The notes beneath the pieces are model-generated. The model saw only the letters and a program-made list of their open reading frames with translations, was not told where the DNA came from and did no database searches. A stretch of DNA of 64,000 nucleotides, from NCBI GenBank assembly GCA_050273025.1, contig CP158635.1, forward strand, positions 22,382,001-22,446,000, written 5' to 3'. Shown piece after piece: positions 51,994 through 64,000 of the stretch (position 1 is its first letter; each line of letters starts with the position of its first letter). A program made the translations under genes and the position numbers. This stretch comes from Cenococcum geophilum. Its lineage: Eukaryota.

Positions 51994-53738
51994 CAGTGCT
52001 CTTATCAATATCAAATATTAATTACTGAATTTTCAATATTGAATATTAAATGTCAATGTCAATATTAATACGATATGTTCAATACTGAAAGATATTAAAT
52101 ATTAAAGATTTTTAGAGTTAAGGTGGTAAAAATAAGGCAAGATGTATTAGTAAATGACTCTCAGGCCTCCTTACAATACGTGCGCATTTAAAATTCATTA
52201 GGTAAACCTATAGAAAGTAAAAATTACTAAACATTAAATCGAAGGCTATTAACAACGACGTAGAAAGGAGAAGGAAGCTAGAAAGCGTCAATTCAAAACC
52301 TGTTAAAAAACCCAGTGGGAAAAATTATCAGGAAAGACTACTTATTAATAGCTACAAATCGCGAAACTGTTGCGAAACTGTTCGCGATTCTCCAAGGGCT
52401 GTAGAAAGACGCGAAACTTATTCGCGATCCTCCAGGTAAGACGTTTTATCGCGACAACAACACAGCGCCGTACGGCATAGTATTATTAAGGCTATAAAAC
52501 AAATGAACAACAAAATCTCTATCAAATAAGCCTTATTTCAAAGCAAAAAGCCGAAAGGCTGATTGTGATAGATATTAATATTGCTGTTCGGAGGGAAGGC
52601 GTGACTTCGCTTTAAATAGACATTTTTATCTATTCACTTGCTCGCAGAGATAGAGATATATTCTAAATATATTATATTGGGGGGTGTAGGCCCAAGGAGA
52701 GGGTAATCATCTCAGCCTACTATATTGCATAGTAGGTTCCCTACTATCTTAAGCAGTGGTAGATAATTACACACTCATTGCCCCAAACAACGCGTACCGC
52801 CAGAAGGTAGCGGTACGAGGCCTGCGCCCAACAACCAATATAGAAGGAATATATCGTCTCTTTGCGCCCGTAGGGTATCGAAGACCGTTATAATCTCGCC
52901 TCAGCCTGCCATGCAGTGGTAGATAATTACTTACGTACCGCCAGAACCTAGCGGTACGAGGCCTGCGCCCAATAACCAATATAGAAGTAGGAATATATGT
53001 CGTCTCTTTACGCCCGTAGGGCATCGTTAAAAACCGTTCGGGTAGGTAATATTAGATCTTGTAAGTCATCGCGCACAACATCATTAATTTTAATAATTTT
53101 TGCACCCCCCTAGAGCTCAACCCACCCCTTCCCCATACATTCTACCTTTAATTAATGCCATACCTCCCTCATCTACCAACGTAATTGAGGACGATAATAC
53201 ATCCTCCTCCGCTATTTCTAAGCTTAATTCCGATCGATTTATCCACTCTAGCGGCGACGACAACGCGTCAAGCAACCCTACCCCAAACATGAACTCCCCA
53301 AAAGTCGCCTCGTAAAAGCGCCAGTTATCCACCTCTATATAGCAGCTTACCCGCGATCCTCCCTTATAAAGCTATTCGCGATAGCAAGAATCAAATATAG
53401 TATTGCTTAATATGGGGAGGGAGGCTATGGCAATAAATGTGGTACAAAAGACTTCGGAGGCCTTAGCAGAATCTAGAGAGCAGCCAATATTTACTACACC
53501 ACGCCAAGGGTTGCGGAGGTAACGGTAGTGGTAAGGGGGTAGTTGCGAGAGAGTAACTATTTTAAAGCTCTACTAGAGCCCAGGGGCGTACGGAGCCTAC
53601 TTTTAAATAAAACACCATACCAAGACTATACTATATTCAATATTCAATATCTTTTTAATATTTTTCAATATTGAATTAATTTTCAATATCAATATCAATA
53701 CGGCCTTTTACGAATATTGAATATTAATAAGAGCACTA
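51994..53738. mobile_element. Non-autonomous hAT DNA transposon (deletion derivative)
   Basis: TIR CAGTGCTCTTATCAATAT / ATATTAATAAGAGCACTA; 8-bp TSD ACCATACC (51986-51993, 53739-53746); subterminal CAATAT/ATATTG repeats; internal tandem duplication ~52755-53030. Confidence 0.92.
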
Positions 53739-54059
53739 ACCATACCTCATCAAAGGCCACCATTCTCGAGAAGGAAAACTTGATCCGGCGCTGATGCAGC
53801 GCCATTAGCCTTGCACAACTTCTAGCACTGTGTATCGCACCCTTCTGGATTCGGGCGAATCGCATTGCCGTAGAAACGAACTGGGTGATAAATTCCATTA
53901 TTGGATTTCAAAAGTCAGGGGTTATACCCAGCTTCAGACCTAACCACGAGTGTCAACACGAAAGCAGCGGAGTATATTATTTTCAGGTTCTTTAACTACT
54001 GGCTCCACTGGACGAACTCATCACCAATCTCAAGCATAGTCTAATCGGCGCTCTTGAGT

Positions 54060-54400
54060 CAACACTCAGCAACATCTTAAGGACGTCTTGCACCAATAAG
54101 ATCTGCGAGGAGGTAATGCGAGGGTGCTTGGTGTTGAGCATCCTTCCACGCTAACGACAATGGCAAACCTTGTGTCATATATAATGTGCAAGGTCGAGAA
54201 ATCAAAGCCGAGCCGCTCGAAAAGAAAGCGGCGGAGACGAAAGTGAAGGTACATGGCGAGAAGCATCCGGACGTGATGACCTGTATGGCCAAACCGGGCA
54301 TTGACGTACCAGAATCAAGGCTAATAGAAGAGAAAGGCCGCGACGTAGAAGCTGTTAAACTCGTGAAGAGCAGCGTTCGATCAAGGACATTGGTAAGTGA
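54060..54400 (+). pseudogene. TPR-repeat fragment (kinesin-light-chain-like, as in fungal NB-ARC/TPR NLRs), frameshifted
   Basis: RVLGVEHPSTLTTMANL (~54121) and KVHGEKHPDVMTCMA (~54247) in different frames. Confidence 0.75.
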
Positions 54401-54690
54401 GGCATATGTCAATACGGGATTCGAAGGCAGCATCGATAACTGAAATACGATTTGTAGTCAGAATCAATACTCCTGTATAATATTCCAGTAGTCGAAGAAA
54501 TACTAAAGAGGATGTTAGACGGGGAAAGCATGATAATCCTCTTGGACGTTCTCGACACAAGCTCATTGCGATCAAGATGGTCTTTTGAGCGGGCTTTAAG
54601 GAAGACATCAGCTTCATCAACTAGGAAGACCGAATTCCGGGGGGCACAACGTTTGAATACCCTGTGAGCTCGAAGAAGCTTTATCAATAC
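54385..54690 (-). pseudogene. AAA+ ATPase fragment (Walker B to second region of homology)
   Basis: VFLVDEADVFLKARS...RNELVS, degenerate intron, FLRLLEYYTGVLILTTNR...DAAFESRI; Walker A absent. Confidence 0.85.
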
Positions 54691-55899
54691 AGCACGTATA
54701 TCTAGATCTGTGCAGTGAGGTCAGTCTAGTTCTCTTTAATAGCTAGGTAGTCAGCTGTTTCTGCACGTGTGGATTACTAAGCCTGTCGTCCAACAAATGC
54801 TTGTGGCCTTAAAGCCTAATACTACTATCTGTAACATTCTGACTCAGCTACGCTGCTTTAGATACTTTTTGATACGACTAGCGCGAGACCTTATTTTTCA
54901 TACAGCACTACAAAGCATACAATCACTGTAACAAGACAGCCATTATACAACGTCTATCTCCTTACTCGGATTAAGTTCTCTAAGTATATATCTATAGTAC
55001 AGACAAGTTTTAGCGCGATGTATAATCTACCTGCTGCATCCAAGGCATTCCGGATTGGTACCGTAGAGGCAGACACCGATATATCGTGGTATTGGTGACT
55101 AAGAGGAGGTAGCTAGCAGATAGGACTAAGATAAGATTATACTTAAGATTCGAAGCGTCTATTCCGAGATTATTGATGATATTAACTTAAGATTCGACTT
55201 GTTGTATTGCTTTATAGTAGAGCTGTCTCGTCACACCGTGCGTCTCGCCACGCAGGGATAGACGTTATACAGTTGGTGGCGATTTAGCGAGCCCGCGTAC
55301 CGAAGCGAAATAATATTTTTCCAGAGGGGGGGTGGAAGCTAGTCGTGCACATCACTGTATAACTTGAAAGAAAAGAGAAAAGTAATCAAGAAGTGCAAGG
55401 TAAGAAATAAGTAATAGGCGAGAATGGGGATCCAGGGAACTTTCGAGATAGTCGACAATATAGACAACTTGAATTGGTGGGAACCACAACTGAGACGGTA
55501 GTGATGACCGGAGGCCAACGCCGCGAGCTTAAAAGTAAGATCGGATGTGTAGATATGAGATAAATGCTAAATATGGCGACGCTAACGTCTGCACTCGCAC
55601 GATGTTAGAATTAATGCTATAAGAATTTCTTGGTGGTGAAATTGATTGAAACAAGCCTGTACGATTTGTCGACCTAGATCGGACTTCCTTACCACCATTA
55701 TACTACTATCTAACGACCTAGATCGTCTATACAAACTATATCTTAGTTATCTCTCAACTTATAACTATTAGTCTTATTAAACGTCTTATTACCTATTTCC
55801 ATTAACTATAACCTACTGAATGACGACGTCGTTATCATTCTATTTACTATCTACCTAATATATATAAGAGAACTTCTAGAGCCCTCTTTAATGGACAGA

Positions 55900-56276
55900 G
55901 TTCTTATACTTAATTGTCCGTTTAATATAATTGGATTATCTATAAACGAGGATCTAAAGCTAGAGAAAGGAAAGAAAAAGAAGAAGAGGAGCGCCGTTTA
56001 AAGTAGGGTTCTAACTATAAGGAATATAGGCCCTAATATAGGCCTATATCTACGGATACCGAAGTAGTTGCTACGGAGACTAAATAAGAAGGGACTCTGC
56101 TTATATAAGTAAGAAACGCGTGTAGATATATATAGAGGACTCTTCTAGAACCATCATTAAATAGCAACGCCGCTTAAAGTAGGGTTTTTATACAATCCCC
56201 TAGTTATATAAGCCCTACGTCTACTATAACATCTACTATAACAAAGTAGCTGCCATGTTCTGCTAATGCCGTAACA
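55900..56276 (-). repeat. Solo-LTR-like remnant related to the Ty3-B LTR
   Basis: Reverse complement starts TGTTACGGCATTAGCAGAACATGGCAG and contains AACGGCGCT.CTCTTCTTC...CTAGCTTTAGAT.CTCGTTTATAGA; left boundary approximate. Confidence 0.7.
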
Positions 56277-56649
56277 TATACTAGTCTAACTATAGCATTT
56301 AAATCGAAATAACAGAAGTACCTATAGTAATAAGGAGTATTATAATCAGGAGTACTCCTAATAGTAGTAAGTACTTACAATATAAGGGGTATCAAAAGAA
56401 GGGAGCACTTACGGCAATATAGAGTACCTATAGAAGCATAGAGTATCTACGAAAGTATAGAGTCTACCTAGCAGTAAAATTCAGTTCTCTATTATTTATC
56501 TTCTACACATTTCCATTTTCCAGACTAATAACTATTTCTACTGCCCGCGACTTCCTACCCCTACTGTAAGAACGTGCCTGCTCTATATTAGAAGGTCGTT
56601 ATAATTTCTATAGCTTATATTAATAACCCACTATTATTATAAAGGGCTA

Positions 56650-57572
56650 TCTATTTTAGCTCTGCTATTTTACGCTTCCTTAAAGGCTTTGCAACTTTAT
56701 CATCTATTCTTTATACTTTATTCTTAGGGTCCTACGGGCTTTCCTCCGGGCTATCCTCCCCGCTTTACTCTAGGCTCTCCTCCGGGCTCTCCTCCGGGCT
56801 TTTCTCCGGACTTTCTTCCAGACTTTTTTCCAGCATTTCCTCTTCTATATCCATCTCCCCCTCCCTCTCCTTTAAGTAATCCATTAATAATAAAGCATGC
56901 CTTTTTACTGCCTTTAAGAATTCATCCTTATTCCAGAGATCTATTAGTATTCTCTTAGAATACTAATCCCATTTATTACCGTGCGTTCTTACTAGAAAGG
57001 TATATTAACTAGATTAATAGTATGTCGTTCTAAAGATAAGACGAGGATTGTATAAAGCTTTGCGTTTAGGGTAGGGATTATATAGAGGACCTGTGTATAT
57101 TACACATTTACCAGTATAGGAAGGGTGTAAGTTATAGTATTAATAATCTGCTTTTATAATGGACATACTAGGTTTAATTAATCGCTTATATATACCACAC
57201 CTTCCAAATTCTAGATTAGTTTTAGTTGCTATACTAGGGAACAGAGACGCGGTTTCAATGTTCTTATAGAGCCTTAGTCGATCCCTATCGTTTATACGCG
57301 TAAATATTGATGCTCGTTGTCTACCTTTGAGAATTTGCATTCCTTTAATCTAACGTTCGCTGTACAGAAGGTTAATTAGTCGAATTAAAAAGTATGGGTC
57401 CTCTTAAAACTACAAGGCTAAAGTTACATAAAAATCCGGCTTTATAAAATTTAAGAATTGTTTACATATATAATCGGGTCTAATATTCTTAAAGAATAAT
57501 GTTATAAGGTTATCAAAAGGAGTCTAGGTCCCCTTTTCTAATAAAACAATCAATCTATTTTTAGGGCTCATT
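56650..57572 (-). pseudogene. Partly RIPed gene of unknown function with C-terminal (ESPE)n repeats
   Basis: Track ORF 57140-57340 extends through RIP-type stops to ...EESPEKSPEESPEES...KRK. Confidence 0.45.
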
Positions 57573-60354
57573 GTTAGATTCTCGCTCTTTACCCTATAAG
57601 GCGTTCTGCTTTTCTATACTTTATAAATAGGTTACTTATCTAAGGATTCTTATAGCGCGATTATAATAGGCGAGGCGCCCTGTTATATATAAGTACCCTA
57701 TAAAACTTTTAAATAGTCCTTAATTTTCCACTTCTTATCTATTAACCGCAAAAATTAGGTTATAATAGGTGTCGACAATAACAACTATTACGTCATTGCC
57801 ACCTTAATTGACACCATCATTCTCTTTAAGCAAAAATTCTGTAATGATTTTTCTTAAAAGGTTAGGGGCACTACACGGAAACGGATTCGTATTCTTAGCG
57901 ATTAAGCGTTTAGGTAAGGAAATAAAGTTAAAAACTGTATTACTATAATACTATAAATATCGTATAACCTCCGTAGCTCATTAACTATTATAGTGCACTT
58001 AGCTCTCTTATATAATATATTATACTCTTATATTTAAATATGCTACAGCCTAGACAACCTAGAGCCTCAACCCAATACTTAGCTTTATCTTGCGTTTCTT
58101 CTATAAAAGATTCCCAATCGTAAATGCACCGAGGGGCTTTAATAATCGCGTTCGCGGCAGGGACTAGAGTTAACGGGGAGATACCGTCTAAGGATACGAT
58201 ATCCGTGATTATTTAAGGGAAATTTAGAATAAGTATATTATTATCAGCACAATCTAGGGGCTTAAGAGGAGTGTCGCTATACGTTATAGCGCTATCGGAG
58301 GCGGGTTGTATATTAGCTTAAGCCGTTATAGTTAAGCAATTCAATCGCGAGTATAGGGAAAATTATAAAAAAAGTCGGGTTTCTTAAGAAACGTTAGATA
58401 TGTCCCTTAGATGATAATAATAAAGTGCCTTTATACTTCTTAGCTTGCTAAGAGGAGAAGGGGCTTTAAAAAGCTTACTAGAAATTTCGTGCCCAAAACC
58501 TAGGTATAAATTAGTCCGGTCTAAGCTTATATAAATATTACGTAATATTATTTCACCTAACATTTCTGCCTATTTCTGCACATGTTTTCTCTAATATTAT
58601 CCTATATAGAGAAGCTAGCTTATCTTATAAATTAGACCCCTAGGGAGAAATTGCGCCACGGCGTAGTGCTAAGGGCTAGCGCTACGCTTGTGGACCTTAC
58701 CCTAGTCCTATAAACTCCTAGACTAATTAAATTATACTAAAAGGAATTTCTCCTTAAGAGTCTAAGAGCTTATAGGAGTCGTTTTAGTAGTAACGGAGCG
58801 TTAAAATACACTAAAATTTACCTTTTTTACTGCCGTATCTTAACCCTTTTATAACGTCTAATTATTATAAAAACACTATAAGGTAGGAGTTCTTTAGATT
58901 CTCTATATTACGGCTTATATAAATGCCTCTAAACCGAAGCTTGTAGAATGCTATATTATAAAGATACTAAGCTAAGGAGCAGAAGAAGGTTAAGAAAAGA
59001 ATAGGTCTATATACACGAGCCAAGTCTCTAAGCGAGCCCCTAACTAGGCTACATATAGATATTATAGGGGCAGTGCCCCAGCGCCGTCACACTCTATTTA
59101 TTGCATTAAATAATAATATTATAGCTATATTATATAAAATTTTAAATATAGGCAGTCGGTTACGTTAGTTATATTTTCTTATTAGTTATATTTTCTTATT
59201 AGTCGCATTTTCTTAAGAGTTAATTTTTATCGCAATTTTACCTCACTGCTATACCTTATATACTTCTCTATATCTAATTATCTCTAAAATACTATAAGGT
59301 AAAAGCTCTTTATCTTCTCTATTACCTCTATATTATAGTAATATTATAACTCTATTATATAAAAAGTTAGATATAGGTAGTTAATATTACGGCTTATATA
59401 AATGCCTCTAAACTAAAGCTTATAGAATGCTGTATTACGAAAATATTAAGCTAAGGAGAAGAGGAGAGATATATATAGGAGGTAGAGACGTAATATATAC
59501 GCGTTATAACGCTAAGTCCTTAGCCGAACCCTAACTAGGCTCCCTATCTAGGTTACGCGTTATAGTGCCGTAATAATCGACACGGTCATCAACACGGTTA
59601 CCAACTCGGTCACTAACTTAATCGATAAAGTTCTTATAAGTGACTTATCTGTCTAACACTTGGCTTCCAGGAACGCAATATACTAGGCAACACTAGAGTA
59701 GCGCCACAACGCTGGCGAAGAACGGCTTGCTAATAGCTATAATGAAAAATAGCGGCCGCGAAAGCTAGTTACGTATCTACAGTTAAATTACAATCACCTC
59801 TTACAATTAAGCTACTCCTATAATTTTAAGCTCCCACCATTATATAGCTTCTATAACCGCTTAGCTCCCACAGTTATATAGAGAATAAAGACAGAATTTA
59901 TTGCTTTATATTTTCTTAAGCATCTTAATTCCGCTAAAAGTCTATTTAAGTGGGAAATTTCGCGTTATGACCTGGCGGCTAGATATAGGGTTATAGTATT
60001 TGTCGACCTGTTTCTATTACCTATTTATTACCTACTACTAAGTAGGCAGAAGAATGGAGGAATAGCAAACTTAAAGGCAGCCACCTTACTCAGGGAGTTA
60101 GAAGATTTTTTAATACTTTTTACGCTTAACTATTAGCCTAGCCTTAAATCCTAGGAGGTAGTTTAAAGCCGGTTTCACGAGCGACCCGTTATAATTTAAA
60201 GCTTAAAGCTTTCCCTCTTTCCTTTTTAATTTTAAAGTCATCCTTAGTAACCTTTTGCGTAATAAGTACAATATATAGTAACCCTAAAATATCTTCGATA
60301 TTTTCTATATTAATTCCCTTAAGCAGTAATTCGCTTAGTTTAAATTCCACTTCC

Positions 60355-60940
60355 ATAGCGGTAAAAACCCCCTAACCCAGAGTTAGTATCTTAGATCTCC
60401 CTTATAAGCTACGTCTACAAATCTTTTATTATCTTATTATTCTTAGAAGGCCAATCTACCGGCGTTCTTTTATTATTTTAAGGAAAATGCTGCTAGAGCT
60501 AATATTAATATGCAGAATATTCGCACTAAAGGCCCTTAAGGTATTTTATAGAGAAAATATCTTCCTTCTTAAGCCCTATAAATTCCTATATATTATATCG
60601 GAGCTACGCACGTTTCTACCTTACCTAAATATTCGTCCCTTAATTAAATATTTAAACCTTACTTTTATATCTAGGATAGCCGGGTATTGCAACCTAGTAA
60701 TAATAGCAGTATACCTCTACGATTTTAAACACTTAGGGTTTAACAGTCTAAAATCGGTTAAAGTGGTTATAAATCTAAATTAAGTCCGAGATTTTTAGAG
60801 ACCTATTAATAATATACAGATTAGCAATGTTAATATTATATTAAAAAGGCTTATTTGGTATATAGCAGGAGATACTAAAGAGAAGGATCGCTTATTACGG
60901 TTACTTTATAGTCTTTTTTATTTAACGCTAGATATCTAAA
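60355..60940 (+). pseudogene. F-box-like-motif fungal protein, RIP-degraded
   Basis: SILDLPY(E)LRLQIFYYLII...LICR.F..(E)AL.VFY.EN.F pattern. Confidence 0.6.
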
Positions 60941-61433
60941 AGAACTAAATAATAGAAGCACTAGTATATTTTTACAACACTAGAAAAGATTTATTATCGC
61001 TATATATATACGTATTTTTTTCTTAGAGGTTATTATACCTTAGCACTGTAGCCTACGTATCCTATATAATGCTTATCTTATCCCCTTCTATTATAGTGCT
61101 CCTTTTTATACCGTAATTCACTTTTTTACTTTATACTCTTATAACCATTTTTATATAATCCAGCGGAGCGTTAGTAGTCTTGCTGAAATTGTTCTTACGG
61201 GAACCTTTCCTCTATAGTTTTTAGCAGTACTTAGACTGTTTAAAATTAAGGAGGGATCTTAAGGCAAATATATTAGTTCGCTATACTATAAAAGCGATTA
61301 CCTAAGGACTAAACGTAGGAATCGATACTTCTAGCATAGCTAAGCCCCTCTCAGTATAAGAATTAAAAAGGTTTAATATAAGCAGAATAACAAACTATAT
61401 AATCTTTAAAGTAGCGTATAACCTAATACTTAG

Positions 61434-64000
61434 TGTCGGGAATGAGGCAAGCGGTTGTTATATGTCGCCGCGGCACTAGCGTAGCGAGGAGTCTTAGGCT
61501 CCTCGTCCTTCCTCATTCCTATAAGCATATTAACCAACATTACTGTAACCTACTCAAGTAGTCGTTATTGGTGAGTCACCCTATGTGACTAATACTGATT
61601 AGTGGTTAAATACACAGTTAACTATAGAGCAGCTAGGTTTTTAAATAGAAGAGATAGTCTTATATAGGGGTGCTATATACGCTTATATGGAATGGATCCC
61701 GGCGATACTATGCTACCTTAAACTTGCGGAAAACTAGTAATAGAAGTGTTACTGAGTACTAGGAGATACTAAGTTGTGTCTATTACGTAGAATAACCACG
61801 TTTACGAAGACTTGGTTAAGTACTTTAGGTTAGAAGTGTTACTAAACCTAGGGTCCTAAGTTAACGTCCGAAATGCGTTAAACAACCACCTTAATACCCT
61901 CCGTGTACCTTCGCAGATTATAATTAATACCTAAATACACGTTAAATAACCTTTATTTTCTTTATTTTTTAATTAATAAGATAATAGCCATTATGGCGTT
62001 AACCTACCCAAAGAAGTATAAGAAAGATATTAACCCGAAGATATAGAATAAAGCTATAATTAACCCTATAAACGCCGAGTAATAGAACCTAAACGGATTC
62101 CTATTATACCGTATAGTATACTATAAAGATAGCGAATACGACGATACTATGCTATGGTATTATATAAAGGAAGACTTTGTTAGATAGATAAAGGAAATAT
62201 AGGTTCCTATAAATAAGGATATTGTATAGGACTTCCGTAACTTCCTTTAGGAGTATAGAGTATTTGTCCCTATAGATGGGGGAGTTATTAGAGATAATAT
62301 TTAGGAGTATATTATTAACGTAAAAGAAGAGCACGAATGGACTCTATAAGAGATTAAGCATTAACTACGCACTATAAGGAAGCTTAACTTATAATGGAAT
62401 TTAAGTAATATATTTCTAGAGACGAATCTACCTCCGCCTTTAACTCCTCTATCTCCAATTTAACCTATAACTTTAATATTAGATACTATACCCTAATAAG
62501 AGTAGGCATAGGATTCTATTGCTTCGCGATTTAATAACCTAAAGACTCTACTAACTAGACCTACGTCCCTACTACAGCCTGTAATATAACTCCTACCTCC
62601 TTTATTTTAATCTTAAATTGGAGGTATTTTAAAATTGCTTATAGAGCTTACGAAGCTCTATTTAGATTAGAAGAAGAAGTTTAGTAGGGAATTATATAAT
62701 ATTCTTAATTCGAAATTGCGTATCTTCTATAACTATTACTAAAAGGTAGAAATAGAGTCTAATTAATACTATAACGCCTATTCTGTTATACTTAGGGGCC
62801 GAGCTAGTACCTTCTATTATAATCGTTTGGTAGGAAAAGGATATAACTTTAACCGCATAATATATAAGTTAAGATACCACTTTAAAATAGAAGAGAATAA
62901 GTAGCAGTATATGTTAGAATGGAGAGAGACTACCTTTTTAAGAATTATTACTATAAACCCAGGTATTCCTTGGCTTAATTGTCTTTAAAAGCTTTTTAAT
63001 TAACTTTAGACAATCTAGCGTAGTCTATCCGAATTATATTAAGAGGATTTCAGCCTACGTAATTAAGTTATTAGCGTATATTAAGGTGTTAAAAAATATA
63101 ACCTTATTCTTTTTAATCCTGCAAATACTTATAAAGGAGTATATACTTAATTAAGATCTTTTATTAGCATCGCTTTACGCTCTTAAGAAGTATAGCAATT
63201 TAATGTCTAACTTTAATCTACTTTAATTAACCTAGACGACCTGGCCGACTAATATAATTATAACTGGACTAATCGAATATATAGTGGCCATAGTAGGTAA
63301 TACGGTAGAGGGTATAATTAACGACTATAAGGTAAAGGTGGAGGTCCTTATAGAGGTTTATTTTAAAGTAATTGCTAGAAAAAGTGCTACGTTTATAAGA
63401 AACCGAATTGCTAGTTAACTAGGCATTCTCTTAATGAGTAAAAGGAGGTATATAATAAGTTTCGCTAGAGTGTAAGAAATATTAGAAATTATAAGGTTAC
63501 TACAGCCTACTTTTAAAGCTTCTTAGTTTAATATAAAGGCGTAAAAGATTTTAAGGGTAAGGTTAATAAGGCTAAACAGCTCCTTATAGATATAGAAATT
63601 AAGAACTACTTACCCAACTAATACTTTACTAAGTATAGTAAGGTAGATAGTATATAAACCGTCGCTGTTCTTAATAACTAATTTACGCTATATTCTATTA
63701 TAAAGTTAGATATCTTTAATAAGCTAAAGGAGAGCTTTGTATTCTCCTTTAATAATAGATACTTAGTAAATGTCTTCTATAGTATTATGCCAGATATTAG
63801 AGCCGTAGGAGTATCTATAGTAGGAGAACCTTAAGTTTAAGCTCTCTAGTAGCTTAATAGCTCTGTTTAGATTAACTAATTAACGGTAGGCTAATATATA
63901 ATTTGTTTTAGTAAGGGTACTATAATCTCTCTTGGCATAATTAGAGTCTAAACCCCCTTAGGGTATATTACTTTTTACGTTGTTCCTATAAATACCCTAT
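61434..64000 (+). mobile_element. Ty1/copia-like LTR retrotransposon, gag-protease part, RIP-inactivated, cut by window end
   Basis: ORF from ATG 61993; KF.GELY(D)IL(D)SKL.IF; KKCYV(C).KPNC(W)ST.H knuckle ~63380; protease (G)IMPD(TG)A.GVS(TA)GEP(Q) ~63780. 5' boundary uncertain. Confidence 0.75.

Overview
Filamentous-ascomycete (Pezizomycotina-type) repeat compartment, almost wholly degraded by RIP (pervasive C>T/G>A, TpA excess, TAA/TAG stops where Q/W/R codons are expected). I translated by eye and reversed RIP changes, so residue calls in pseudogenes are reconstructions. Left to right: the 3' part of a Tad1-like LINE; a RIP-killed BTB/POZ gene; a composite minisatellite with repeated hairpins; several RIP-killed, partly intron-containing genes I cannot assign; three full-length chromodomain Ty3/gypsy elements with exact LTRs and 5-bp TSDs, two of them nested; a 2.3-kb non-coding element with CATCAG...CTGATG ends and a 5-bp TSD, plus a probable gene-carrying relative; two Crypton tyrosine-recombinase elements head-to-head forming a ~5.9-kb palindrome; an un-RIPed island with the only clearly intact gene (HET-domain protein, one intron), a non-autonomous hAT, and TPR and AAA-ATPase remnants; more RIPed genes; and the start of a Ty1/copia element. 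Best novelty candidates: the CATCAG family with its associated arrays and orphan genes, the Crypton pair with a reconstructable att-like site, a 54-bp structured 3'-UTR block shared by two different Ty3 families, and a spliced antisense Zn-cluster-like gene inside a Ty3 element.
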